Positions 26,300 through 39,862 of a stretch of DNA of 64,000 nt are shown here, piece after piece. The DNA lies in contig JBLDXI010000009.1 in NCBI GenBank assembly GCA_047495785.1, forward strand, positions 4,712,001-4,776,000. The letters are read 5' to 3'. Every line of letters begins with the position of its first letter. Within the stretch, counting starts at the first letter, position 1. The notes beneath the pieces are model-generated. The model was not told where the DNA came from. It was given only the letters and a program-made list of their open reading frames with translations, and did not search any database. This DNA comes from Lepidodermella squamata (Eukaryota > Animalia > Gastrotricha). A program made the translations under genes and the position numbers.

Positions 26300-27574
26300 A
26301 TGCTGACTTATGTTATCCTATCGGCTCTCATAGGTTCAGCGGATGGCGAAAACATTCGCGACACAGGCGTCTACAACCTCCCGAAAATGGCTGATACTTC
26401 ATTGGTGATGCCACTGTTTTTCGCGACTTGCCCGAATGTCAACTCAACCAATCTAGCGTATGAAATGGCGTACTCAAACTCATCCTTTCGAAATAGAGTC
26501 TTTGTCTCCGTCAAAATTCACCACTTCATCGGCATCGACGATATAGAGCAAAAGTTATCGCTCTTCTTGGATGTTCGAGTCGATTGGGACATGCCGTGCA
26601 ATACCACAGCGCTGTGCCAGAATTTGGCGACTGCGGGTGCTTTCCTACCTGGAGAAAATGTGTCGATTTGCGACGATACGTTTATCGACTACCAAGACTG
26701 GGTTCCAAAGAAAGACGTATGGTATCCAATTTTAATTCACAGAAACGCTGCTGTTGATCCATTCAACGTTATGAAGTAAGCGATTTCTCATTCATGATAT
26801 TATGGCTACACGATTATCGTTTATAGCTTCATTCTGGACGGCAGAGTGAAAATATACCCGTTTTTCCAGCAAGGCAAATGGATGAGTTCAGGCCGTATCG
26901 ACTCGATATGTGAAGATTTTTCGTTCAAAAAATTCCCGTTTGACGAATTTTCTTGTGACATCGTTTTCGAAGGCGCATATCGCACGGAAATAGTGGATTA
27001 TCAAATCAAGAGTTTCACATCTTACATCCCTCTAGATAAGCTGCTTGGAGACGCCGAGGTTTGGGAGCTTTTGCCTCCAATTACTGCTAGTGTGCTCATT
27101 TTTTATGATGGCAACACCAATAAGACGCAACTGTTATTCACGATGAAGTTCAAGCGGAAACCCTACCGAGCATTGATGTCCATAATATTACCAACTTATG
27201 CTCTCTACACGCTTCAGATCTCATCGTTGTTATTGCCGGCTAAATACCCAGATCGGCCTGGATTCAGCATGACGAATGTCCTAGCCTTTTCTGTTATTTT
27301 GGACATGGTCCTTAAAGACATCCCTGAAACTTCGGAGGTGGTGTATCTCGTCAATTTTGTACTATTCAATTTATCTGTAGGAGTGTTCGTAACAATTTAC
27401 ACTATAATAACGTGTAAGCTTTGCAAGAGTCATGGTAAAGCTATGAATCGCGCTTATAAGATCCGCTGTCTCGAAATGAGCGTCGTTGCGTGGCTAGATT
27501 TAATTGTTGGTGCTTTCGTTATTGGGACATCTGTCTTGGTGCACTGTGTTCTATTCGGTTTGATGATGGCATGA
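26300..27574 (+). CDS. Atypical Cys-loop channel subunit, subfamily B (copy 1); intron 26776-26826
   Basis: HHFIGIDD, VWYPILIHRNA, C-EDFSFKKFPFDEFS-C, PAKYPDRPGFSMTNVL, four TM helices. Confidence 0.92.
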
Positions 27575-28166
27575 ACATTTCACCAGAGATATTTCTTTGA
27601 TGCAGTGCTGAAAGAAATCATTTCATATGAAGTAAAGGGCAAAATTAAAAACAAAATCCCACATGCCATCGTGCTATTTGAGCCACATTTTCACCAAACC
27701 TGCGACCTCATATTAACGCAAATAATCTTGGGAAATAATGAACAAGCGACAGAGCTGATAATCCCGATTGCAGTGCTGCATAAGAACTTCGGTCAATTAT
27801 TTTGAGCGGTCTCGTAATCCTTTTCAAAAAATTCCATATAGGCAGATGAAGTCGAGCTTACCGACGGCTTAATTTAGGCTACGTTAACAGTAAGCTTTGT
27901 TAAGAACTTCTCCAAACAAAATAACATCGAGTAAGCTGAGAACCTTGAAAGCAAATCGGAAAGTTCTATAGAAACATTTCGTGCTGACTGTCAAGTCAAG
28001 AGTCAAGCAGTTTTCAAAACAAAGTCTTTGGCTAAAACATAAGAAAATACAACTGTGCAATAAAAATCAGAAAGTGTGGTTCATGCATCCTTGTGTCTCG
28101 AATTCTCCCGGTTTCTCGAATGCGCGGGGTGATGACCAATGACCATTCATCTATGGCAATCTGAGC

Positions 28167-29396
28167 TCACAAACACAATAGGTGAATGAAAGCAGAAGTA
28201 TGGATAGCCACAAGTACGAGACTGAAGACAATGAAAGCAGTAAAATCAGCAAGATTTATGATATCGAAGTGAATTCTGTTGATTGCGATTGATTTTGGCC
28301 ACTGCTTATGTCTCACAGCGCGGTAGGTCAGCAAGGTATAAATGGTCATTATGATTCCGAAAAAGAAGTTAGCCATAATGCAGACGAGAACGCGTGGTGG
28401 CTGGGCTGTTGGCGGCATGCTATCGAAAATCGTACTTAGAATGAAACTGTAAGCCAGAACCACAGTCATGCTGAATACAGGCCGATCCGGAGTTCGAGCC
28501 GGAAAAATCAGTGAAGCCATTTGTAGCAGTACCAGCCCATAACTCGGCAGAATAGCTTTTATGAAGTAGTACCGATAATCGCGTTGGAAACTCATGCCAT
28601 AAAATATGTACGAGTATCCCTCATTCACAGTGACGTTGCCGTATGGTTCACCGATCATATTCCAAGTGCTACAAGGACTGGCGAATGGAAGCGCGCTTAC
28701 CGTCACTTCGGCACTTTCGTAACTTACTAGTTTATCAGTTTCCCACGATTCAAATGTGATCACGCAAGACATGGTGTCAAACGGGAAACGATCAAAATTG
28801 AAACCGTTACATCCCGCGTCAATCCTGCCGGATGAGAACCATTCGGCAACGGATAGAAAAGGTTTGACTTCAACGCCATAGTAGTCAAGCTCCCTATTAA
28901 AATTGTGAACATTCTACATACAGAATTAAAACAGAATAGCGAACCTGGCTATATCGGTACGCTGAGCTACCGAACTGGTATACAGCAAAGTAGGATGCCA
29001 TATTTCTTTTCTTTCCTTCGTGAAGTAGAATTCGGCGTGATCTTCCGGGCAAGAATGTATATCGTCTTTTGAGAGGATTTGGTTCGTCGCCAAAGCCTCA
29101 CAAAACGCCAAAGCATCACAAGGCAGCTGCCAAGTAACCGTGAGATAAAAGTAAATCGCCATTCTCTGTTCGACATCGTTGATTTCCAACAAACTGAAAA
29201 TCCCCATGGTAGTGTTGGCTTTAATCGGGCGGAGATCAGTGCTATTAACGTCGAAAATGAGCTCCATCGCCATGTTTCGAGAAGCAGCTTGAGGGCAAAC
29301 GCTGTAGAAAACTTCTTGTATCCTACTTGCGCCGTTCAGCATTGCGGATGAGAAGGATTGCAGCGCGAATATAGGCAGAAAGGCGGCTAAAATCAT
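28167..29396 (-). CDS. Atypical Cys-loop channel subunit, subfamily A (copy 2), one intron
   Basis: Close paralogue of 23047-24276; phase-2 intron at the homologous position; PARTPDRPVFSMTVVL. Confidence 0.92.
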
Positions 29397-30031
29397 TGCT
29401 CCTGAAATTTTAATCGGAAAAGCGCCGAAGTAGTGAATACATTATTGGAGTATCATGATGGGAGTTCCCTTGCGCAGAGTCTGATTTTTATCAGTTTTTT
29501 GAAAACCATAGGTATGCGTTATAGCAGGAAATTGGCGAAGGCCACCTTGCGGAACAGGAAAAGCAATCCGATGAAATCAATGGCAACTATCGAGTCGGCG
29601 CGAGATAACTTCACAATATCCGAACGATCGTACTTTGCACACCTTTCAGTCACCAGCCACAGTAATTTGTTACCCAGATGCGGACTTTTATAGTTCAATA
29701 ACAAGTGATATTGAACACGACCAAGTTTCATGTATATTCTGTAGTTATCATGACAGCCACTGAGAAAATAGGATTGAGGTTCAAACGTAGAACAAGGTTT
29801 GAAGAACGAAGTAATAGACAATGAAGAGCCGAAAATGCAAGCAACCGCTCAAGTTACCCAATGGAACGATTGAAATCCCATATGCTTATTTTTGTATAGT
29901 TAATTGCCCTTAGACTAGTTTGAAATAACAGTGCAATCGCGTGTATTCATATTTTGATGAGGAGGAACGTTCGATTTCCGGCGGCAACAGCTTGGACTGT
30001 TGGACATCCGTAACGCGCTACACGAGTGCTC

Positions 30032-30098
30032 AAAAAGTGTCGTACCCGGGGCTGCCTTTCTGAGAAGGCACGGCTCTAACCTTTGAGCCACCATGGCC
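30032..30098 (-). other. Degenerate tRNA-like (SINE-head) Pol III sequence
   Basis: Minus strand GGCCATGGTGGCTCAAAGGTTAGAGC contains an A box and a GCTC/GAGC D-arm, then stem TGCCTT..AAGGCA, a damaged B box GGGTACGAC and T5. No acceptor-stem 3' half is visible. Confidence 0.45.
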
Positions 30099-30869
30099 GA
30101 CACCCACTCCGTGTTCGCTTACGCGGTTGTAAGGGGACCAGGAGGAGAGATGGGAGGTGGCTCCCTATATCATCCTTGACTGTTGCGGGTGAGGATGAAC
30201 GTTATCTATCATCGACAACATGTACACAATGACGTTTATCGTTTATCAGCTCTGAGGTTAGCGTTCTCCCGTTCTGGAATTTCGCTAACACCTGGTAGCT
30301 TGGGTTCCAAATTGCATACTTACGGCCCAAGTTTCAGGGATTCCATCAACAAACAACAAACAACCAACAACAATAAAGAAAATTTCTTTAATCATATTCT
30401 ATACGATAGCCTCGCGCCTCACAATGTTTGAGCATTTCTTGGAATGCATAGCATAATTGAGAAAGACGGTTTTCACGTCATTCCATGATCAAACCATAGG
30501 AATGAACTAACTATTCAGCTTGTCAAAGAAAACTAGGGCTAGTAGATCTCGCTCACTATGGATTTCGATATTTCGGGCGACCTTTGTTCGTAAGAGGATT
30601 CATTGTCTCGGGAAGTCCTTTCGTCGTTTGAAAATTACCGACATATACTCAAAATTATACTAGGCAATAGGATTCACATCTTTTACTTTCTCACATACCA
30701 CTACTCACAATCACTCGTGGTATAAGTTATCGTGGTATAAGGATTATCAACTCGCTCGATCTCAAGCTTAGAATATTCTGGATTAAGATGTTGTAACTTG
30801 TTTATTCCTTGCTAACTACAAAGTCGAAAAGATAGGAGCTGATCTAGACTCTGTCAGTACCAAACGAAT

Positions 30870-31067
30870 GACTCAATTTTAATTAAAATGGTTGTGGTTT
30901 ATTTTAGATCGGTTCGGCTTGCAATAAAGTGATTCCCGTAATGTTTCGAGCTGTTGCGTGGGTTGGCTTGTTTGACTTTAACTGCAATAAATCAACCCGA
31001 TGCGGAAACGAGTCATTCGAACTAGCTGATATCATTTTAGGGTGCATTCGAGTGGCATTATCAAAAG
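30870..31067 (+). promoter_or_regulatory. Upstream non-coding block shared by the subfamily-B genes at 31068 and 34708 (second copy ~34500-34707)
   Basis: Collinear shared blocks AATTAAAATGG, GGGTTGGCTTGTTTG, ACTGCAATAAATCAAC, ATTCGAACTAGC(T/C)GATATCA, GCATTCGAGTG. Confidence 0.6.
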
Positions 31068-32339
31068 ATGCTAATTTATTTTATTCTACCAGCTGTAATA
31101 TGTGCTGCTGTGGCCGAAATCATTCGCGACTTCGGTGTTTACGACCTCCCACAAATGGCTAATGCTTCTTTAGTAATGCCTACTTTCTTTCAAACATGTC
31201 CGAATACCAAGTCAACCAATCTGGCTTACGAAATGGCATACACAAGCTTTCGAAACCAAGTCGCTGTATCAATAACAATTCACCACTTCATCGGCATCGA
31301 CGATCTGCAGCAAATTTTATCGCTGTTCTTAGACGTTCGAGTCGATTGGGACATGCCGTGCAATACCACAGCCCTATGCCAGAATTTAGCGGATGCTGGG
31401 GCGTTTCTACCAGGGGAAGATGTTTCGATTTGCGACGATACGTTTGTCGACTACGAAGACTGGGTTCCAAAGAAAGACGTATGGTACCCAACGTTGATCC
31501 ACAGAAATGCTGCAGTTGATGCCTTCGACGTAATGGAGTAAGTTTGAACGTTAATTACTGGCAGTAGAATGCCGAAATGTTTTATTTTTAGCTTCATATT
31601 GGACGACAAAGTGAAAATATATCCATTTTACCAACAAGGAAAATGGATGAGCTCAGGCCGTATCGATACAATATGCGACGATTTTTCGTTTGAAAAATTC
31701 CCCTTTGACAAGTTATCGTGTGACATCATTTTCGAAGGCGCATATCGAACGGAAATCGTGGATTATCAAATCAAGAATTTCACATCTTACGGGCCTCTAG
31801 ATGAGCTGCTGGGAGATTCTGAGGTTTGGGAGCTTTTGCCCCCGCTTTCTGCGAGGGTGCAAGTTACATATGATGGCAACACAAATAAGACAGCACTGAA
31901 ATTCACAATGAATTTCAAACGAAATCCCTACCGAGCAATTATGTCTATAATAATACCAACTTATGCTCTGTACACGCTTCAAATCTCTTCGCTGTTATTG
32001 CCGGCTAAATACCCAGATCGACCTGGATTCAGCATGACAAATGTCCTGGCCTTTACAGTTATCTTGGACATGGTCCTTGACAACATTCCTGAAACTTCTG
32101 AGGAGGTTTATCTCGTCGATTTTGTGTTGTTCAACTTATTCGTTGGAGTTCTCGTGACAATCTACACTCTGATAACCTGTAAGCTCTGCAAAAGTCATGA
32201 CAAGGCTATGAGTCGCGATTTTAAGATCTGCTGCCTTCAAATGAGCGTTGTTGCTTGGTTTGACTTGATAGTTGGCGCGCTCGTCATTGCAGCATCTGCT
32301 TTGGTGCATTCCGTTCTATTCGGCTTGATGATGGCATAG
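31068..32339 (+). CDS. Atypical Cys-loop channel subunit, subfamily B (copy 2), one intron
   Basis: Close paralogue of 26300-27574; C-x14-C loop; PAKYPDRPGFSMTNVL. Confidence 0.92.
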
Positions 32340-33302
32340 AGAAAGTAAATTTTATTGCTTGCATTCGTGCTCCATGATACATACCCTAAGTTTATAATGG
32401 CAAAAGTATTTTCGGATTTCATTCATGTGCTTAGTTTGTTGTTTGTTGTGTGTTTCCATAGTAAAATTGTGAGAAATCATTCGAATCCTAATAATACAGG
32501 TGGAAACAGGTTGTAAACCGAAATATGGTAAAAAATAACAGCATTGGTCCGACTTGGTACCGCTACAAGGTGGGTAAAACGATCATTTTTGAGCCCAAAA
32601 TTGCATTCCAGAAATGGTAGAAAATGCTACGAAAATGTGATTGAAATGCCTTTATAGACAATATTTTAAAAAGTTACACAGCCGACCGCCGATAGCCGGT
32701 CGCCGTTGGCTGGTATACAGTCAGCCCTCGCCACAGTGTACTTCATGGCTGTAAACTTTCCGCCAACGTACACATTTTTCCACGGACCCGGCGAGATGGA
32801 TTAACCTCGCCCCCAGCAGTAGTTTCAGACCACGCTGTAGGCTTGAAATCGATACGGTAGTGACATTTCGCAGTTCGAGTCTTTATTCACAAAAGTTTCT
32901 AGGTAGGTGTTACACCGACTCTAGAATGCCCAACGATCCGATGCCAACAGTTCTCGGTTCGATACTTGGTACCATAGGCAGCACCATAGATTGATTGGAA
33001 AAACAGCTCAATCTCATATCTTGAGTCTTGAGGGGTTGCAACCACCAGTAGTAAGGGGGGGGGGTCTATTAGGCTATTCACACTAGTAGGTCTGCTTCAC
33101 GCTCAGATCTCAGCTCGGACAACTATGGGCATTAATTGACGTTGGTTGTTCGATAAAATACGTAACATCGCATCCCCATCAGGGGCTTTTCGCCACATGA
33201 AAACTCTAGCATTGTCGACTCGCAGAGGAATATAGAACGTGAACTAACTTTTATTTCCCGTCTGTTTGAACTTCCCGTCAAGATATTTGGGCTGCTGCTG
33301 AT

Positions 33303-33719
33303 CATGAGACGTACTAGGACGCCGGGGCTCGAATAAAACGACTGATTTTCGTGTTATTTTTTAATGAGGTCGGAAGGTCACAATGGCAAAAAATAACCTC
33401 ATTATAGCAGCGATCAGGAAAAAATCTCATTCACAAAAAGCACGCGTTTACGCAAAGATCAATTTTTTGCAGCGACCACAAGAACTCGATCTTCATCTCT
33501 AAACCTAAAACGCCGGGTTTCGCGCGCCGTTTCTTGTAATTCATTTTCACTTTAAAAAATATTAAATAACCAAAATAATTAAAATGAATAATTTTTAATT
33601 TGCCACTTAATTATTATGTTTAGTCCGCGGTCACGTGAATCATTTGCATTATTCCGGCACGTGACGCAGAGAATTTTGTATGGGGAGATAGGAGCCCCGG
33701 CGTCCTAGTACGTCTCATG
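33303..33719. mobile_element. hAT-type MITE
   Basis: Perfect 28-bp TIR CATGAGACGTACTAGGACGCCGGGGCTC; 8-bp flanks CTGCTGAT/CCGCTGAT (1 mismatch). Confidence 0.85.
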
Positions 33720-34707
33720 CCGCTGATGACAGAGTTCAGTTTCCATTGTACCACTACTCACAATCAGACGCTATGGTATTTGTAATCGTTAATCATATCG
33801 TGCCGTTTGAAAGGGGCCCTAAGTTAGTCTCTGCTAAAAGTACCATAGGATTTACTCACTGCAAGGAACTCAGGAACTTTGCTACGTTTATTTTACTATA
33901 ACTGTGTTTATCCCTTGGGTATTACCCCACTTCCGCAACCCTCGCAACCCCACTTCCGCAACTTTTATCTACCGGTAATTATTATCAGGGCCGTTGACGT
34001 TTAACTAAGCAGAATTATTATTCAATATTAGTAGATTATTATAGGGCATGAAAAATAGGGTGTTTGGAGTTCATCCGTCCTGACGCGCGCGCGTGTCTAC
34101 TATTGGCCACACGTGCTTGAACTTTAAACTCTAAACGACACATGCGTTTCCAGCACCTTTTTCTTACAAAAACGTCATTCTTAACAATTGAGGCTAAGGT
34201 GAAGAAGCTGCGAGACGGATTGAAAGTCAAGAAAACTCTCAGGAAATACAAGAAAGTTGAAGTCAAGCTCACCTCCTACGTTACTGAATTCGACGCTATC
34301 GAAGACAAAACAAACGAACAATTTTTTGTTGTACTTGAACAAGTGGGGGTTGCGGAAGTGGGATATATTCCTTGATTATTGCGTTGTTGTTGATACGTCA
34401 TCGTTCGTTCTTTTTAAAAATCTGATTGTGTCAGTCAATCATTCTGGTTATTTTCAATGAAATAAAGCTAACATAGTCCAAGTTCCAAGTCTGAGTCATG
34501 ACACTCATATTCAATTAAAATGGCTTCGATATAACTTTTATCATTTCGGCTCGCAATGAGTCGCATTGTGAAATTCTTTGATGTTTTGCGGGGTTGGCTT
34601 GTTTGCCTTGGACTGCAATAAATCAACTCGATCCGGAAACTGGTTATTCGAACTAGCCGATATCACTCCTGAGGCGCATTCGAGTGACTTTATCAGAAGG
34701 CGCAAGT

Positions 34708-35985
34708 ATGCGGGTTTATTTATTTCTACCGTCTCTGCTAGGAGCTGTGATGACCGAAAGCATCCGCGACTTGGGTGTTTACAAACTACCAAAACTGGCT
34801 GATCCTTCTTTAGTGATGCCAATTTTCTTTCGGACCTGTCCGAATACGAAGTCACCGAATCTCGCATACGAAATGGCTTACTCTAACTCATACAGTCGAA
34901 ACAAAGTTTACGTATCGGTGAAAATTCACCACTTCATCGACATTGACGATCTAAAGCAAATTTTATCGTTATTCTTGGACGTTCGAGTCGATTGGGACAT
35001 GCCTTGTGACACAACAGCGCTGTGCCAAAATTTGGCGACTGAGGGTGCTTTCCTACCGGGTGAAAATGTTTCGATTTGCGACGAAACGTTTACCGACTAC
35101 CAAGACTGGGTCCTAAAGAAAGACTTATGGTATCCAACGCTGATCCACAGAAATGCTGCAGTTGATGCCTTCGATGTTATGAAGTGAGTTCATTCCTGAT
35201 TAACTAACGATAGATCACCTACATGTGTTATTCCTAGGTTTATATTAGACGACAGAGTGAAAGTATATCCCTTTTACGAACAAGGCAAATGGATGAGCTC
35301 AGGCCGTATCGACTCGATATGTGAAGATGTTTCGTTTAAAAAATTCCCATTTGACGAATTTTCGTGTGACATCGTTTTCGAAGGCGCATATCGCTCGGAA
35401 ATAGTGGATTATCAAATCAAGTATTTCGCATCCTATATGCCTCTAGATAAGCTACTGGGAGAGAGCGATGTTTGGGAGCTTGTGGACCCGCTTTCTACGA
35501 ACGTGGTCGTTTACAATGATAGCACAACCAATAAGACGGAACTGCTTTTTAAAATGCATTTCAAGCGGAAGCCGTACCGAGCAATAATGTCTATAATAAT
35601 ACCAAACTATGCTTTGTACACGCTGCAGATGTCATCGCTGTTATTGCCGGCCAAGTACCCAGATCGGCCTGGATTCAGCATGACAAATGTCCTGGCCTTT
35701 ACAGTTATTTTGGACATGGTCCTTAATAACATTCCTGAAACCTCGGAGGAGGTTTATCTCGTCGATTACGTGTTGTTCAACTTATTCATAGGTGTTCTCG
35801 TGACCATTTATACTTTGATAACTTGTAAGCTGTGCAAGAGTCATGGCAAGGCTATGAGTCGCAATGTCAAGATCTGTTGTCTCGAATTAAGCGTTGTTGG
35901 GTGGTTTGATTTGATAATTGGCGTGTTCATCATTGGAGCATCTGCATTGGTGCACGCTGTTTTATTCGGCTTGATGATGGCGTGA
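34708..35985 (+). CDS. Atypical Cys-loop channel subunit, subfamily B (copy 3), one intron
   Basis: ATG 34708 (MRVYLFLPSLLGA); paralogue of 26300 and 31068. Confidence 0.92.
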
Positions 35986-36885
35986 GAACAGTAACATCGA
36001 TTAGTTACAATGCCTTCCTGGTTCTTGATATGGCATTGATAAATACACATAAGACATAGTTATTTTCCTAGCAAGACTCTAATATAGGGACGATCGGAAG
36101 TATAGTACTGATACAGAAATTCCCTTACAAACCTGTATTCTGTCGTTTTTCTGCCGTTGACTGTATCTAATAAACTCTGATGACGGATTTGAATCATGCT
36201 TCATTCATGCATTACATATAGCGTTTGAAAACTTGGAAAACAGCTTGAGACGCTCATCTTGATAGTGATATTTTTCACTTCCCAGCAGTCGATTTCTTTG
36301 CTTCTTAATGAGGTTTACTTTTACGTTATCATGTTTAGGCGATTTAAAAATAGGTTACTGGTTCATATTTAAAGGTTTTAGCTGGCCTTCTGGAATCACA
36401 AAATGCAAATTCCCTGTTATTTTCTTCTACGTTCTACTTCTTGGAATGGCGAACAAAATAGCAGGGCAAATCAACGACGTTGCTCCTAGAATGAAATAAT
36501 TAAATATATAGCGGTTAGCCAATATTTGTTCCAAGCATACTCAAGTAAACAATTTCGATATTGCAATGCTTGCCCTTGGTGTTCGAGAGCCTGATGTAAA
36601 AGAGAGAACAAGCACTTTGAGATGTGCCTCTTAACTCTGAAAGCTACAAGCCGTGTCAATAATATTCAGGAAGTTTAAAACAAAAATAGAGATATTATTT
36701 GCAAATACATTCACGAAAGTATTGGCCCTGATTGGCACTTGGCAATATCTTGCTCCGGAATCTCTGTGCTTTTTATTCATTCTTTCGAGAAGTGGGGAAA
36801 TCATTTAATCGCTGGCGCCATTGAAAAGGATAGAAATTTCATATATCGAATTTCAAGCGACATGTCTGAAACTACTACTGAGGAC

Positions 36886-37158
36886 CATTATGTGACCACT
36901 TTTTAGGCGGGAAACAACGCCGTCTCCTTTGGTTCATTCAAATACTACGCGGGCGATTCAAATGATCATTTTTTCATTAAAAAAAATAGGCTTGACAACC
37001 ATTTAGTGCTAAATGGCGCTATTTTATCGAGAACGTGTGCCAATTGTTGTAAAAACGATCATTTTCCACAAAAAACAACTATTTGAATCGCCCGCGTAGT
37101 ATTTGAATGAACCAAAGGAGACGGCGTTGTTTCCCGCCTAAAAAGTGGTCACATAATG
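36886..37158. mobile_element. MITE with perfect 78-bp TIRs
   Basis: 36886-36963 is the exact reverse complement of 37081-37158. The TSD is only partly matched (ACTGAG). Confidence 0.85.
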
Positions 37159-37223
37159 ACTGAGTTTAATTTTATATCAGCAATAGAGGCACTTATCACT
37201 GTTTTTCATCCGGGTGTTTTGCA

Positions 37224-38495
37224 TCATATTAATTTAAAATAATTTTGCGGTAGCAAGATATAGGCGAAAGCTGCTCCGTGGAACAAGAAAAGCAGTATGG
37301 TACACAAAATTCCGAATATCCAATCTACCAAGGTGATAACTCCAACTACACAAGTGCCATATTTCACAGTTTTCCGCCACCGTTTGACTTTCGCCAATCG
37401 ATACGTTATCAATGTGTAAATTGTCATAACAGTGCCAAAAAAGTAATTTATAAGAACGCAGTAAAGAATTTGCGGCGGTTCAGAAGTTTGAGGAATGCTT
37501 TCAAACACTGTTTGAAGAATAAAACTATAGGCTAAGACCACAGTTACACTAAACACCGGTCTATCAGGGGTCTGAGCGGGGAAAATCAGGGTCGCAATTT
37601 GAAGAATGAGCATAGAATATGTTGGTAAAATGGCTTTCAGCAAGTGGTATCGATGATCTCGCCTGAATTGAATCCGGAGTCGCAGTAAAGTTACGCCGTC
37701 TGGATCAGTATCGTAATAAACGGTGATATTACTCTCCAAGGACCCTTTCGGCCTCCATGTATCTGTATCACTCACTATCTCGTCAACAGCGAATGATTGG
37801 AAACTTTCGAAGCGTACAGCTCTGGCAGTGTCAACTGCCGTGAGGATCACAGAGCAGTCCAAAGAATCGAACGGAAATACGTCGAAGTCGAAGCCGGAGA
37901 TACATATCGAATCGACTCGCCCACTAACATCCCAGAGGCCGGTATACGCGAATGGTTTCACAAATATGCCGTTGCTGTTGCTGAGAATACTCCTGGAAAA
38001 AAATCAAAATTCCATGTGCCACTCTATTACAATAAAAATCACCTACTCGGTAATGTCATTTGGATTTGATGCCGAGTTGGAATGTAGTAGCCTCGGAAAC
38101 CAGATTTCGGACGGCTGTCGAAAAAATCCGAAACCCTTGTAATTTTCGGAGCAATTTTCTTTCTCATCCCGGCTGATCACAGATTCCAGAGACAAACGAT
38201 TACAGAAATCGACTGGCTCGCATGGCATAGCCCACTCGACCAGCGTGTAGAAATACAAAGCCATTCGTTTCTCGACATCGTTAACTTCGAGGAGGCGGAA
38301 TACTTGCAAGGTCACGTTTGCCGTGATAGGCGAGCCGGTTTCAAATGCTGTTTCAATCGCCATGTTGGTGGAGAGAGCTCTTGGACATATTTCATAGAAA
38401 ATCGGCGCGATACGAGCTGATCCATTCAAAATGGAAGCACGCGAGGCCTCCGTGATAAGCAACAGGGCTGTTAAGGAAAGCGTAGAAAGATGCAT
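37224..38495 (-). CDS. Atypical Cys-loop channel subunit, subfamily A (copy 3, more diverged), one intron
   Basis: ATG 38495 (MHLSTLSLTALLL); IWFPRLLHSN; C-ISGFDFDVFPFDSLD-C (15 residues); PAQTPDRPVFSVTVVL. Confidence 0.9.
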
Positions 38496-38614
38496 TGCCA
38501 GAAATGAGTCTGAAATGATTGGAGTTGTAGAACTGAAATGGCTGGGCACTCGGAATTAATGAAAGCTACGTGTTTGATTGTCTCCTTGGGTGCTAGCTGC
38601 TGTAGCTGGCTTAG

Positions 38615-38795
38615 CAGTTTTATTACTGATTAATCGCAGCTTTCACAAAAAACATTTTCGATTTTCGGAATGTCACACCAAATTGCTGCCTTCATTAAAA
38701 TAATTATTTTAACGAAGGCAGCAATTTTATGACATTCCAGGTTCGAAAATCGATATGTTATTTGTGAACGCTGCGATCAATCAGCAATAACACTG
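38615..38795. mobile_element. Fold-back (palindromic) MITE, imperfect
   Basis: CAGTTTTATTACTGATTAATCGCAGC..AATTGCTGCCTTC is mirrored around ~38704. Confidence 0.7.
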
Positions 38796-39039
38796 GTTCC
38801 TCTAAACCTGATCACGTTTGGTTTACGATTTTCGAAGCTTGAAAATAAATGATAAATTACATACATAATTTTGCCGCTCCGGGTCCACCTTCTAATGTCA
38901 AGAATTTCTGAGTCACAATTTGTGTGATCCTATTTTGAATTTCATCATATCCCGTTCGCTGCGTTCGCTGCGATTTTTCAGCTTTTCCATCGTTGAAGGT
39001 TGAAAGCCTAGAATTCATGAATTACACACCAATGGAAAC

Positions 39040-39128
39040 CATGAGACATAAGATGCCGCGACTTCGCAGCCCCTAATTACATTTCCTCGAAAAGAAATCG
39101 GAATTTGAGTTCTATAGTACGTCTCTTG
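39040..39128. mobile_element. 89-bp hAT-type mini-element
   Basis: Ends CATGAGAC..GTACGTCTCTTG resemble the 33303 TIR; perfect 8-bp TSD ATGGAAAC (39032-39039 and 39129-39136). Confidence 0.75.
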
Positions 39129-39183
39129 ATGGAAACGGGTACGTGAGCTAAAAATCCTGCAATCAACTCATTGACGAGGCCTT

Positions 39184-39862
39184 GCGTATGATTATTTTTC
39201 AGCATTTTAAGTTCCGCTATTGTCATTTCCGCCTAATGTTTTCTCCGCTACAATTACACTTCCGCCAGTGATATTTCCGCCAATCAGCTTTCCGCCAAAG
39301 TTGATTTCCGCCCACAAAATTTCCGCTTAAGGTCATTTCCGCTTTTTTGGCTCTCATTTCTCATTTTAACTTTGAAAATCCTAGAAACCGAGACGACTGG
39401 AGAAACGCTGGAACAATAATTAGGCAAGTCGAATAGTATATAGCTAATAACAAGACAATTCCCCCATGAAAGTAACACTACGAAAGGGAAACCACTGAAG
39501 TTTCGGTTGGAAGTTCTCAAAACGCCTTTTCCTAGTTTTAAAGCCATTTCTTTCATTGACTTTTTTGTTGAAATGATCTGATAATTGACATGAAAAGCTG
39601 AAAAATTACCTTGGTGGAAAGAATTGGAGGCGGAAAACGTGCGGAGCGGAACTGTCATTTGGCGGAACTATTGTTAGCGGAAATGTATATCGCGGAATCA
39701 TAGACAATGATGTAACATTATCGTCTATGCGCGGAACTCATACTATAGCGGAAATGAAAATAGCGGAAAACGCAATAGTGGAAATGGTCTTCGGCGGAAA
39801 AAATGTAGCGGAAAATTAGCGGAAAAATTAGCGAAACTTGAAAAGCCGAAAAGTAACCAAAC
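39184..39862. mobile_element. Degenerate TIR element with subterminal TTCCGC/GCGGAA repeat arrays
   Basis: The left arm is rich in TTCCGC and the right arm in GCGGAA; the outer ~35 bp are imperfect inverted repeats. Boundaries are approximate. Confidence 0.65.

Noticed and set aside
30032-30098. Functional tRNA gene
   Set aside because: The B box and T-arm are damaged and no acceptor stem can be formed; a SINE-like relic at best.
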